A stretch of DNA of 64,000 nt, taken from Candidatus Latescibacterota bacterium (lineage in GTDB: Bacteria > Latescibacterota > UBA2968 > GCA-2709665). The notes beneath the pieces were generated by a model. It saw only the letters and a list, made by a program, of their open reading frames with translations. It was not told the origin of the DNA and did no database searches. Below, piece by piece: positions 39,031 through 48,297 of the stretch. The DNA lies in NCBI GenBank assembly GCA_965116875.1, contig OZ220733.1, forward strand, positions 288,001 to 352,000, in the 5' to 3' direction. The position numbers were made by a program, and so were the translations under genes. The first letter of the stretch is position 1. Each line of letters opens with the position of its first letter.

Positions 39031-39145
39031 TTTATCCAGTTCCTTTTTCGGCCGGAAACAAAACGACCCGGCACAGGAACACCACTCCGGCCGGTTCGAT
39101 ACCCGTTCGCTGCTTCCGATAATTTCCCTGCCAGCATCTTGCTCT

Positions 39146-40585
39146 TCAATCCGCCTTTCCCGAAACCAGCTTCCCGGCTTCCGTGGCGCGGGTCCGCATG
39201 ATGTGCCCGATGAATCCGAAAACGGCGCTCACGACAAGGCCGGACCCGAGCACGAAAATCCAGAAAATCGCCTCAAGACAGTTCAAAACCGCCAGAACAC
39301 AGAACAGTGCGGCGAAAAAGTCCCGGCGACACGCGAATTTCAGTCCGCAGTAGACGCGGTGCAGATATCCGCGGCGTTCTTCCGGCACTTCGCTTGAGAA
39401 ACCCATGTTGAAGCTTACGATACTGCCCGATCCGCTCTGCTTCAGGTAGACGCAAATGAGCAGGACCGCAAGCACATTCAACGCAAGGGCGATGAAACCC
39501 AGCGCGATGACAACTGGTTCCGTTGTCAGTCTGTACATCCCGAAAATGACGCCTGAGAAGAATCCAAGATAGGATACGTTGTCCGCGACCGTATCCAACC
39601 ATTCCCCAAAGCGGGATCCCGCGAACTTCAGCGTGGCGACCTCGCCGTCGCAGCCGTCGACAACAGACGCAAACTGAAAGAGCAGCCCTCCCAGCGCGAC
39701 GTAGAAATGGCTCCCCTCCGCCATCGCCCAGCCTGCCAGAAACGTGATCATCATTGCGGCGATTGAAATCTGGTTGGGCGTCACCGGCGTTTTTACCAGG
39801 AATCCGGAAATCCAGGAGGAAATCTTCCTGTTGAAATGGCGCGACACAATCCCGTCAGTCGGCTTGCCCAACTGACCGAACAATGCCGTTTCTCCCTGGC
39901 GCAATGCTTCCGGCGTATCCACGTCCTGCCAGAACATGCCATCGATGTCAACCGCCCTCATGTTTCCTCGCGACGCGATGATCCGGACGCCGCCCGAGAG
40001 CGTTTCGTCGCCGCCGGCAGCGGCAAGCTCAAGGCCGTCGAACAGCGCCTGACTGCAGAGAAAGATACCCGTATCCACCGCGTCGTATTCTCTCAGCGCC
40101 TTGCCGATCTTCCGGATCCGGTCGCCTTCGAGGACGACTTTGGTCGCGTCATCCAGATCCTGTATCCGGTCCAGCCGCGTGTCTATGCACAACGCCGACT
40201 CGCCCGCGCCCAGCAACAGACCCCGCATGAGGGTGATTACCTTCGGCTCGAACAGATGGTCCGCCATCAACAGAAGAAACGTGCCATCCACGTAATCACG
40301 CGCTTTCAGAACGGAAAGGCCATTTCCCCGCTTCCAATCCGGGTTTTCAATCCAATCTATATTCACGTCGATCTGCGGGTCATTTGCGATGGCTTCGCGT
40401 ATTTCATCGCCCCGATAGCCAATGACGATGGCAAACTCCGAGATCCCCGCTCTTCTTGCGGTCAGAATGGCCCTCTTCAACAACCCCACGCCGGCGACTT
40501 TGACAAGCGGCTTCGGTCTGCCACATCCTTGTCCGTTCAGGCGGCTGCCCATACCGGCAGCAATAATCACCGCCTTTTTTACCAT
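39146..40585 (-). CDS. Bifunctional nucleotidyltransferase / CDP-alcohol phosphotransferase (IPCT/DIPPS-like)
   Basis: N-terminal AVIIAAGMGSRL..PKPL, MADH, DATKV, DTGIF, WQDVDTPE; C-terminal DGIVSRHFNRKIS, TPNQIS, DGCDGEVA..GEWLDTVAD; start ATG 40585. Confidence 0.9.
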   Translation of the reverse strand: MVKKAVIIAAGMGSRLNGQGCGRPKPLVKVAGVGLLKRAILTARRAGISEFAIVIGYRGDEIREAIANDPQIDVNIDWIENPDWKRGNGLSVLKARDYVDGTFLLLMADHLFEPKVITLMRGLLLGAGESALCIDTRLDRIQDLDDATKVVLEGDRIRKIGKALREYDAVDTGIFLCSQALFDGLELAAAGGDETLSGGVRIIASRGNMRAVDIDGMFWQDVDTPEALRQGETALFGQLGKPTDGIVSRHFNRKISSWISGFLVKTPVTPNQISIAAMMITFLAGWAMAEGSHFYVALGGLLFQFASVVDGCDGEVATLKFAGSRFGEWLDTVADNVSYLGFFSGVIFGMYRLTTEPVVIALGFIALALNVLAVLLICVYLKQSGSGSIVSFNMGFSSEVPEERRGYLHRVYCGLKFACRRDFFAALFCVLAVLNCLEAIFWIFVLGSGLVVSAVFGFIGHIMRTRATEAGKLVSGKAD

Positions 40586-41943
40586 GACACCCTCCCGGTA
40601 CCCTCCAGTATCGAAGTTCCCGTCGCGCGCTGCAGTGCCATCCAGGCGAGATTGAACTCCAATACAGCCTGGTAGTACTTGGCGCGAATTATGCCGTACT
40701 CTTTCACTGCATCGACCATTTCTCCCGCCTCCTCCAGCCCCGCATTGAACCCGTCTCTCGCCGACACAAACCACCGCCGGGTTGCGCGGCGGGCCTTTCG
40801 AGCCGCCTCGATATTGGCTTTCGCTTCGATGAGCGAAAGATAGGCGCTCTCGATCTCAAGCCTGGCGCCCTGCGCCGCCAGCTGAGCCTGATAGCCGAGT
40901 TTTTCGTAGGACAGACGGGCTTCTTTCACCTTTGCTCTTGTACTTGCGAATGACAATGACTGCCGGAAGCCCAGCACGGCGCCCAACTCAGTCACGTTGA
41001 ACTCGTCTTTCAGAAACGGGTTCCGCTGGCGGTCCCTGTTCGGCGCAAAACCGTATTTGAACCGGCCGGCCAGGAAAACCTGTGGAAACAGGTCTGTTCG
41101 GACGGCGCGCACCTGCGCCGACCGCACCCGCAGAACTTCCCGAAGCTGCCCCAGATCCGGGCGCCCCTCGACGCGCGACAGATAAGTTTCCAGTGGACGG
41201 ATCTGAACGTCAACCGGCCTCAGAATTCCTTCCGCCAGAACAAGGGAATCGGACTCAGAAAGCCCAATGAGAGTCCGGAGCGCCGAACGTGCGATCCCCT
41301 GACTCTTGACAACCCTGTTTGCATTCTCCTCCACGTCGAAAACAAACCTGTCAATACGGTGCAGATCGGTATACGTAAAATCCCCCGTATCGGCATCCAG
41401 CTTTTCGACGATCGTTCGCCGCGCCCTGTCGATTTCCCCACGGGACTCGAGCGCCAGTTCCCGAAGCTGATTCGCCAAAAGCAGCAGATAGTAGGCCCTC
41501 GCGACCTCTTGCTCCAGGTCGAATCGGGATCTGGTCAGACCGGCGCGCTGCGCTTCGATACCCCCGGATGCAGCTTCCACCGCGGCATTGAGCTTTCCAA
41601 AGGTGAAGAGTGGCTGAACCAGCGACAATTCGGTCCTTGTAAACACACTCATCCGCCGCCAGTTGCTCTCCCCGGTAAGCGCGTCGCCTCGAGCCTCAGG
41701 CGATGGCCCGACCGTCCACGTGAAATCCAGCCCTGGAAGAAATCGCGCGGCATGCACCTGCCGGAGCCTGTTCTCCGCGATGTGCAGATCCGCCCTGGCG
41801 GCCTGAATGGATGGACTCGACGCAAATGCCATCCGAACGCACCCGGCGAGATCGTATTGGGGCTGTCCGGATTCGGAATCGCACGGACGGATGCCGATCA
41901 CGACAGCGAAGACCATGACAATTGAAGCAGGATACTTTGTCAT
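40579..41943 (-). CDS. TolC family outer membrane efflux protein
   Basis: ARFLP, LVQPLFTFGK, EVARAYY, RPDL, DLFP, two OEP repeats; probable start ATG 41943. Confidence 0.88.
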   Translation of the reverse strand: MTKYPASIVMVFAVVIGIRPCDSESGQPQYDLAGCVRMAFASSPSIQAARADLHIAENRLRQVHAARFLPGLDFTWTVGPSPEARGDALTGESNWRRMSVFTRTELSLVQPLFTFGKLNAAVEAASGGIEAQRAGLTRSRFDLEQEVARAYYLLLLANQLRELALESRGEIDRARRTIVEKLDADTGDFTYTDLHRIDRFVFDVEENANRVVKSQGIARSALRTLIGLSESDSLVLAEGILRPVDVQIRPLETYLSRVEGRPDLGQLREVLRVRSAQVRAVRTDLFPQVFLAGRFKYGFAPNRDRQRNPFLKDEFNVTELGAVLGFRQSLSFASTRAKVKEARLSYEKLGYQAQLAAQGARLEIESAYLSLIEAKANIEAARKARRATRRWFVSARDGFNAGLEEAGEMVDAVKEYGIIRAKYYQAVLEFNLAWMALQRATGTSILEGTGRVSW

Positions 41944-42107
41944 GTGTGAATTTTTACGACACGTGTGGGAAAATTGCAACGCCTCCCCCGTTAACCTCCC
42001 GGACAAACGGCGAATGGATTCAAGCGGAAAAAGCAGAAGGATGTTCGGATATATCAATGCAACCTTCACTCGAAACCTGATTTTCTATACGAAATCAGTA
42101 CATTAAA

Positions 42108-42123
42108 AGCGAAATTCGTGCCA
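42108..42123 (-). promoter_or_regulatory. Putative sigma54 (-24/-12) promoter
   Basis: Minus strand TGGCACGAATTTCGCT: GG-N10-GC with TGGCACG intact, about 165 bp upstream of tolC. Confidence 0.6.
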
Positions 42124-42149
42124 CAAGACTGTGAATCTGCAACACATAC

Positions 42150-43406
42150 TCAGGCACTCAACGCTTCGACGATAATGGTCTGAACACGCCGGGCCACTTC
42201 GACAGCGTCATGCCGTTGCACGGCTGAAACCCGGGCGGCCGAACCCATTCGTCGTCGCAATTCCCTGTTCTCAATCATTTTGATGATGGTATCCGCGAGG
42301 CCGGAGACGTCGTTCGGCTTCACCAGGAATCCATTGTAACCATCCCTGATCAACTCCGGTACACCGCCTGTTGCAGATCCGACCACCGGAGTTCCAAGTG
42401 CCAGAGATTCGATAACGCTTCTGGGACAGGGGTCGGGCGCCACGGATGGTACCAGCGTGACGTCCATGTCTTTCAAATACGGTCGGACGTCCGTCCGGAA
42501 TCCCGTAAACAGAACCCGTCCGGAGTACCGTCCGTTGGCCACTTCGCGACGATAGCGATCCAAAAGGTTCGATGACCGCTGCGGGCACCCGCCTACAACC
42601 ACCAGAACCACGTCGTCACGCTTCGCCAGCACCCGCTTCATTGCCGACAACAGGGTGCCGATCCCCTTCCACTCTACAATTCGTCCGACAAAGCCCAGAA
42701 CCACCTCGTCCGGTCCGATTCGGTACATCCTGCGCACGCACCCCTGAACGGTTTCCGGATTGAAACTGACCAGGTCCGCGCCATTGTACACAACCTGAAC
42801 CTTGTCCTTTGCCGACGGAAAATTGCCTGCGCACGCCTCGGATACCGCGACAATTCTTGCCACGCTGGCAGACCGCGCGAGTTGGTCGAAGAACCAACCT
42901 CTGAAGCTCTTTCCGTAAAGGGTGCGGCAGTGCCAGATGACCGGTGTGCCGCACACCATACCCGCCACGGTGCCCATGAACTTCACCATCATCTGGTTGC
43001 AGTAAATCAGCCCGACGTTTTCCTGGGCGACCACGCGAACCAGATCGAACGTAAACCGTATGCTGTCGATCGCGTTCAGGACCACCGACGCCATTGTGCA
43101 GATGCGGTTCCGGCCCCTGAAGCGCATCTCCGCGAGACGCTCCTTCAACCGGGGTTCGATTCGGTACGGGACGCGTATCTCCTCAAGCCTGCTCTTCAAC
43201 ACCCCTTCGTTGGGCATGACGACCAGGGGCTCCAGCACACCGCGATCGAGATGTTTCAACAGGTAAAACAGACTGTTTCCTGCCCCTCCACGCCCCGTAC
43301 AACCCGTCAGAAAGAGTACCTTGATCTTTCCGGCGCCCTCTTCCGGGCACAAAACTGGCGACGATTCACCTGCCTCGTCGCCCCTTCCAACGAAACGACC
43401 GGTCAT
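42150..43406 (-). CDS. Glycosyltransferase family 4
   Basis: GGAGNSL, VSEA, VVYNGAD, FVGRIVEWKG, FTGFRTDV, PSVAPDPCPRSVIESLALGTPVV. Confidence 0.92.
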   Translation of the reverse strand: MTGRFVGRGDEAGESSPVLCPEEGAGKIKVLFLTGCTGRGGAGNSLFYLLKHLDRGVLEPLVVMPNEGVLKSRLEEIRVPYRIEPRLKERLAEMRFRGRNRICTMASVVLNAIDSIRFTFDLVRVVAQENVGLIYCNQMMVKFMGTVAGMVCGTPVIWHCRTLYGKSFRGWFFDQLARSASVARIVAVSEACAGNFPSAKDKVQVVYNGADLVSFNPETVQGCVRRMYRIGPDEVVLGFVGRIVEWKGIGTLLSAMKRVLAKRDDVVLVVVGGCPQRSSNLLDRYRREVANGRYSGRVLFTGFRTDVRPYLKDMDVTLVPSVAPDPCPRSVIESLALGTPVVGSATGGVPELIRDGYNGFLVKPNDVSGLADTIIKMIENRELRRRMGSAARVSAVQRHDAVEVARRVQTIIVEALSA

Positions 43407-45037
43407 CAGTTCAGCCGCCTGATAATGTGATACCCCAGGGGTGTCTGAACGACCCCGCTGGTCTCACCCACCCGCAACTTCAGCACCGCTTCCTCGAACG
43501 CCGGATTCAGATCGCCTGGTGAAAAAAACCCCAGGTCGCCCCCGGTCTCCGCAGAGGTATCGCTGGAGTGCTGACGCGCAAGTACTCTGAAATCCTCGCC
43601 CGCCTCGAGTTTGTTCAGGATTTCCTGCGCCTCGACTTCGGTTTCCACGAGAATATGGTACACCCAGAGTTTTCCTGACTGTATCCCATCGATTTCATCT
43701 ATCTTCATCTGTGCCGCACCCGCGATTTCTTCGTTCGGGCTGTATACGATGGCTTTTTCGAAGGCACGCCTGGCTTGATCGAACGCCCGCCTCGAAGTCA
43801 GGGCGAGACCGATATTGAAGAGAACGCCAGCGTTCGTGGAATCCACCGCTAAAGCCCTGTTGTAGACCACGAGGGCCGAGTCCAGATCTTGCTGACCCGC
43901 GTAGATCAAGGCAAGATCACCGTATGGCTCGAGGACGTTCGGGTTCGAACGGATCGTTGCTTCCAGCGCCGACTTTGCCTGCGCGATGTCTCCCTTCTGC
44001 AGGTAAACCTGCGCCACACCGTTCTCGAGACGCGCGCGTTGCGATTCAGGCGCAATCTCCATAAGCAAACGATACTCGTTCAGCGCGAGGTCCCATTTCT
44101 GCTGAACCGTATACAGGCGTGCAAGCGCTGAGCGGGTATCCAGATCCCGAGGTTCCAGCCGAGACACCTTCTCCCACGCTTTCCGCGCAATCTCCAGTGA
44201 GTCCACCTCAGCCGCCATCTGACCCATGGAACGATGCACCTCGGGATCGTCCGGCGCCAGCGAAGCTGCCTGCCGGTATGCGGCGAAGGCTGCCTCGGTC
44301 CGGCGCATCGAATGATAGATGGCGCCCTTGTTCACCAGCAGGGAGACGTCGTTCGGACTCTTCTCGAGTTCCTTCTCCAGAACCGAAATTGCCCGTTCGT
44401 ACAACCGGTTCGCATCCTGAGGTTTACCCAAAGCGCCGTAGATCTGACCCTGATTAATCATCAGGACCACACTTTCAGGGTTGTTCTTCAGTCCCTCATC
44501 AAAAACCGAAAGCGCTTTGTTGGGGTCTTTCAGCGCGACGTGTACGCCAGCCAGGGACTGGTAGGCTTCTATATTTCCGGGATCCAGGGAAATCGCGGCC
44601 CTGAGGTCCTGAACCGCCAGCCCGGGATTCCCGGCCTCCTGATAGAGTATCGCCCTGTCCATCAGCAGGAGTACGGAATTCGGAATCTGCGTTATTCCGC
44701 GGTTCAATACGTCCAGCGCCTCGCGTCCCCTGTTGAGCTGTGCATGAATCCTGAATAGCGCATCGTAAGGCGCTTCAAGATCCGGCCCCAGCTCAATCGC
44801 CGTTTCAAAGGCTTCGATTGCGCCTGCCGGCTGTCCCAACTGTGCGTACACCATGCCGAGGACGCCGTGAGCGTTCGCGCTGTCAGGAAATGTCTTTGCG
44901 AACAGTTGAGCCGTTACGAGCGCGGAATCGGCTCGTCCGTGAGCGCCATGCGCGCCGATTTCCGCCAGGAAGTCCCTGGCGGTCGCGCCCTCACACCAGA
45001 GAACCAGGCAACACAAGACAACAATCGTCCGTTTCAA
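43406..45037 (-). CDS. Exported TPR-repeat protein with C-terminal parvulin (PpiC) PPIase domain
   Basis: Signal peptide, many TPRs, HILV...F..LARQHSSD...GGDLGFF...FEEA..L..GE.SG.VQTPLGYHII. Confidence 0.88.
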   Translation of the reverse strand: MKRTIVVLCCLVLWCEGATARDFLAEIGAHGAHGRADSALVTAQLFAKTFPDSANAHGVLGMVYAQLGQPAGAIEAFETAIELGPDLEAPYDALFRIHAQLNRGREALDVLNRGITQIPNSVLLLMDRAILYQEAGNPGLAVQDLRAAISLDPGNIEAYQSLAGVHVALKDPNKALSVFDEGLKNNPESVVLMINQGQIYGALGKPQDANRLYERAISVLEKELEKSPNDVSLLVNKGAIYHSMRRTEAAFAAYRQAASLAPDDPEVHRSMGQMAAEVDSLEIARKAWEKVSRLEPRDLDTRSALARLYTVQQKWDLALNEYRLLMEIAPESQRARLENGVAQVYLQKGDIAQAKSALEATIRSNPNVLEPYGDLALIYAGQQDLDSALVVYNRALAVDSTNAGVLFNIGLALTSRRAFDQARRAFEKAIVYSPNEEIAGAAQMKIDEIDGIQSGKLWVYHILVETEVEAQEILNKLEAGEDFRVLARQHSSDTSAETGGDLGFFSPGDLNPAFEEAVLKLRVGETSGVVQTPLGYHIIRRLN

Positions 45038-45122
45038 CCGACCGCCTCCATTTTAAAGAGTTATTTCCAGGTTTCTTCCCGATTACCACAGATCGCTCCG
45101 GTTCCGTTCGCCCTCGAAACCC

Positions 45123-45151
45123 TTGACATGCCACTGGAATCCCTTTATTAT
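45123..45151 (+). promoter_or_regulatory. Putative sigma70 promoter
   Basis: TTGACA-17bp-TATTAT in the divergent intergenic region. Confidence 0.6.
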
Positions 45152-45332
45152 GCCGTGGATTTCGACTCGCCCGGCACGGCGCGACGGGTTGCGATTTCAG
45201 GGTGCGCAAGCCGCGCAGCACGTCGACCCGTCAAACTCACGGCGACGATAAAGTCCGGGCCGCCAAAGGTGACTTCCAACCGGAATCCCCGGCCCGCGAC
45301 GACCACGCCCCCCAACGCACGGTTCTCCCAGA

Positions 45333-45956
45333 ATGAGCGTCCTTCAACGGGACCCCATTGCCGCCATCCTTCTCGCGTTTCTGGCGAGCTATCTGGCCTA
45401 CGACCATCTTCCGGAACGGATACCGGTACACTGGAACGCGTTCGGACGGATCGACGCTGAGTTGAACAAACGCGTGGGCGTTTTTCTGCATCCCGGCGCA
45501 ATGACTCTCGTCTATGTGTTCTTTCGTCTGATCCCTTTTGTTGACAGGAACCGCGTGCGCCAATTGAAAGACGTCGGTCTCTACGATCCATTCCGAAACG
45601 GAGCGGTCCTCCTGTTCGGCTACAGCCATCTCCTGTTGTTGGGCATCGGCCTCGGGTGGATAGACCGCGGGGCGAACCTCTTTGCCGGCCTGCTTTCACT
45701 CGCCGCCATCCTGGCGGGAAATCACGTCAAGAGCATACGCCCCGCCCGGTTCGATCGTCTCCTTCACGGGATCGGCGTTTCCAGCGCTCCACCCGCGCCG
45801 GCTTACGTCTGCAACGTCCTGATCCTGAGCGGAGTGATCGGGCAGGCAGGCACTGCAACGGGCACGCTGCAACTGCCGTGGTTTCTTGTACCGCTGGCCG
45901 TCGGATACGTTCTCTTACGCCGCCGCTTCCCCACCGACCGGACACCGGCGCCGTGA
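45333..45956 (+). CDS. DUF1648/SdpI-like membrane protein
   Basis: YDHLPERIPVHWNAFGRID motif, hydrophobic helices, GN motif. Confidence 0.8.
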   Translation: MSVLQRDPIAAILLAFLASYLAYDHLPERIPVHWNAFGRIDAELNKRVGVFLHPGAMTLVYVFFRLIPFVDRNRVRQLKDVGLYDPFRNGAVLLFGYSHLLLLGIGLGWIDRGANLFAGLLSLAAILAGNHVKSIRPARFDRLLHGIGVSSAPPAPAYVCNVLILSGVIGQAGTATGTLQLPWFLVPLAVGYVLLRRRFPTDRTPAP

Positions 45957-46840
45957 ACGTGCTTAACGAACGCCTGACCCTCCAGGCGGCCGGCCTCGCC
46001 CTGATAACCGCCATCCTGTGGGGCGGCAACTCCATCGCGATTAAAATCGCCCTGGACGGCCTGCCTCCGCTGGCCCTGGCGGCCGCCCGCTTTCTTCTGG
46101 GCGGGCTGGCTGTCGTCCCGTGGGCGCTTTTCTCCGGCGTCCCGCTCCGGCCCGAAACCGGCGAAAGGCGAGGTCTGTTCCAGCTGGTTCTGCTCTTCGT
46201 CGCGCAAATCTACCTGCTCAATGCCGGCACGAATATCACGACGGCCGGCCGGTCGACCGTCTTTATATCCACGTATCCGTTTTTTACAGCCGTCTTCGCC
46301 CACCTGTTCATGCCTGGAGACCGGCTGAGCGGCCTCAAGATTGCAGGAATGACCCTCTCTTTTGCGGGTGTCGTGCTCGTCTTTGTGGACAGCCTGACCG
46401 GTGGACGCATGGGCTATCTGCCGGGAGACGTGATGGTTCTGATGAGCGGTCTGCTGCTTGGCGCCCGGCAGGTCTACACCAAGAAGCTCACCCAGACCAT
46501 CCATCCCGCCCGTCTTCTGTTATGGCAGGCTGCGCTCAGCCTGCCGGTGTTTATTCTGCTGAGCGCCCTGCTGGAAGACCTGAATACCACCGGCATCAGG
46601 CCGGGCATCGTCGGTGCAATCTTCTACCAGGGCCTGGTGGTTGCCGGCTTCTGTTTTCTGGTATCCGTAACGCTCCTGCGACGCTTCAGAGCCAGTCGCC
46701 TCGGGGCGTTCGGTTTCGTCACGCCCGTTGTTGGCGTTGTGTTCAGCAACCTGCTGCTGGGAGAGGTGATCTCGGCGACACTTCTCATCAGCGTCCTGCT
46801 GGTCGGGATCGGCGTTGCCATTGTCAATACGGAGACCTGA
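45953..46840 (+). CDS. DMT/EamA family transporter
   Basis: LWGGNSIAIK, PPLALAAARF, PFFTA, TPVVGV..LLGE; GTG start overlaps upstream TGA. Confidence 0.9.
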   Translation: MNVLNERLTLQAAGLALITAILWGGNSIAIKIALDGLPPLALAAARFLLGGLAVVPWALFSGVPLRPETGERRGLFQLVLLFVAQIYLLNAGTNITTAGRSTVFISTYPFFTAVFAHLFMPGDRLSGLKIAGMTLSFAGVVLVFVDSLTGGRMGYLPGDVMVLMSGLLLGARQVYTKKLTQTIHPARLLLWQAALSLPVFILLSALLEDLNTTGIRPGIVGAIFYQGLVVAGFCFLVSVTLLRRFRASRLGAFGFVTPVVGVVFSNLLLGEVISATLLISVLLVGIGVAIVNTET

Positions 46841-46905
46841 AGCCGGTCATTGGCTGAGCTTCCACGATTCACGTTCCTGACCCGGCCTGATGGCGTTTCA
46901 ACCGC

Positions 46906-48249
46906 TTACGCCGCACCTACCATGACGAACGCCACGTCGGCGACGTTGGTTCCCGTGGGACCGGTCATCACCAGATCGTCCAGCGGCTGGAAGAAGTGGT
47001 ACGAGTCGTTGTTCTTCAACGATTCGATCGCGGAGAGCCCCGCTGACTCCGCGCGTGTGACCGTTCCGGCATCCGCGATCGCCCCGGCCGCGTCTGTCGG
47101 GCCGTCGGTTCCATCCGTCCCGCCGCTGAACAGCACCGTCCCCTCCCATCCGGACAGATGCATGGCGCCCGCGAGCACCAGTTCCTGGTTCCGCCCTCCC
47201 TTGCCGTTGCCCCGAACGGTAACCGTCGTCTCGCCGCCCGCAATCACGCAGGCAGGAGCCGCCACAGGCGCCCCCGACGTGAGAATCTCCTTGCCGATTG
47301 CCGAATAGACGTGCGCCACCTCGCGAGCCTCGCCCTCCAGGCGCGTTGACAGCACCAGCGTATTGTACCCCAGATCCCGGGCACGGCCGGCTGCGGCAGC
47401 CACCGCCAGGCCGTTGCTGCCGACGATGACGTTGTGACATCGCTCCAGCACGGCGTCTCCAGGTTTCGGGGTTTCCGGAATCTCACCCGCCAGGCCCGCT
47501 TCGAACCGCTTCCGCACCGCTTCCGGCAGGCGATTCGAAACTTCGTATTTGTGAATGATCTCAACGCAGTTCTTGAACGTGGACGTGTCGGGCACGGTCG
47601 GACCCGACGCGATGACGTCCATAGGATCGCCGATGACGTCCGACAACATGAGGGACACGACCGTGGCCGGGAACGCAACGCGGGCGAGACCCCCACCTTT
47701 TACGCGGGATAGATGTTTACGAACCGCGTTCAACTCCACGATATTGGCGCCGCACTCGAGAAGCAGCCGGGTTGTGTCCTGTTTCTCGTGCAGCGATATG
47801 CCCTCGGATGGCGCAGGCATCAGCGCCGACCCCCCGCCGGAAATCAGGCATATCACCAGCGTCCGGTCGTCAGCACCCTCGAGGGCGGCGAGGATTTCCC
47901 CCGTGCCCCTGACACCCGCCTCGTCGGGAACGGGATGGCCGCATTCAACGATGCGAATCCTGTCCAGGGGCTCCGCATGCCCGTACTTGGTATTGATGAC
48001 TCCGTCCGAAATCCGGTCGCCCAACTCCGCCTCGAGCGCGACACCCATCCGCGGCGATGCCTTTCCGGTGCCAACGACGAGCACGCGCTCGAAGGACTCC
48101 AGGTTGTAGGCCGCGCCCCCGATCCGAAGCATCCGCCCATCCAGTCTCACGAAACGCTTCAGGCACTCCTGCGCGTCCACGGCAGCCACCGCCGATTCAA
48201 AGATCGACGCCGCGTCGGCGCGCATACGGGCAACCGTGAACTCGCACAT
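46906..48249 (-). CDS. Glycerate 2-kinase (DUF4147/MOFRL family)
   Basis: GTGKAS, GHPVPD, LISGGGSAL, KHLSRVKGG, SDVIGD..IASGPT, GGETTV, GGRNQE, TDGTDG, GPTGTNVAD. Confidence 0.93.
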   Translation of the reverse strand: MCEFTVARMRADAASIFESAVAAVDAQECLKRFVRLDGRMLRIGGAAYNLESFERVLVVGTGKASPRMGVALEAELGDRISDGVINTKYGHAEPLDRIRIVECGHPVPDEAGVRGTGEILAALEGADDRTLVICLISGGGSALMPAPSEGISLHEKQDTTRLLLECGANIVELNAVRKHLSRVKGGGLARVAFPATVVSLMLSDVIGDPMDVIASGPTVPDTSTFKNCVEIIHKYEVSNRLPEAVRKRFEAGLAGEIPETPKPGDAVLERCHNVIVGSNGLAVAAAAGRARDLGYNTLVLSTRLEGEAREVAHVYSAIGKEILTSGAPVAAPACVIAGGETTVTVRGNGKGGRNQELVLAGAMHLSGWEGTVLFSGGTDGTDGPTDAAGAIADAGTVTRAESAGLSAIESLKNNDSYHFFQPLDDLVMTGPTGTNVADVAFVMVGAA

Positions 48250-48297
48250 ATCGAATGCTCCTCGAATCCGCAGACCAGCCTGTTCCGGGGCCGGCGG

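Noticed and set aside
31121-40585. Archaeal-type ether lipid pathway or hopanoid cluster
   Set aside because: No GGGP/DGGGP synthase, squalene synthase or squalene-hopene cyclase in the window; only the transporter pair resembles HpnM/HpnN
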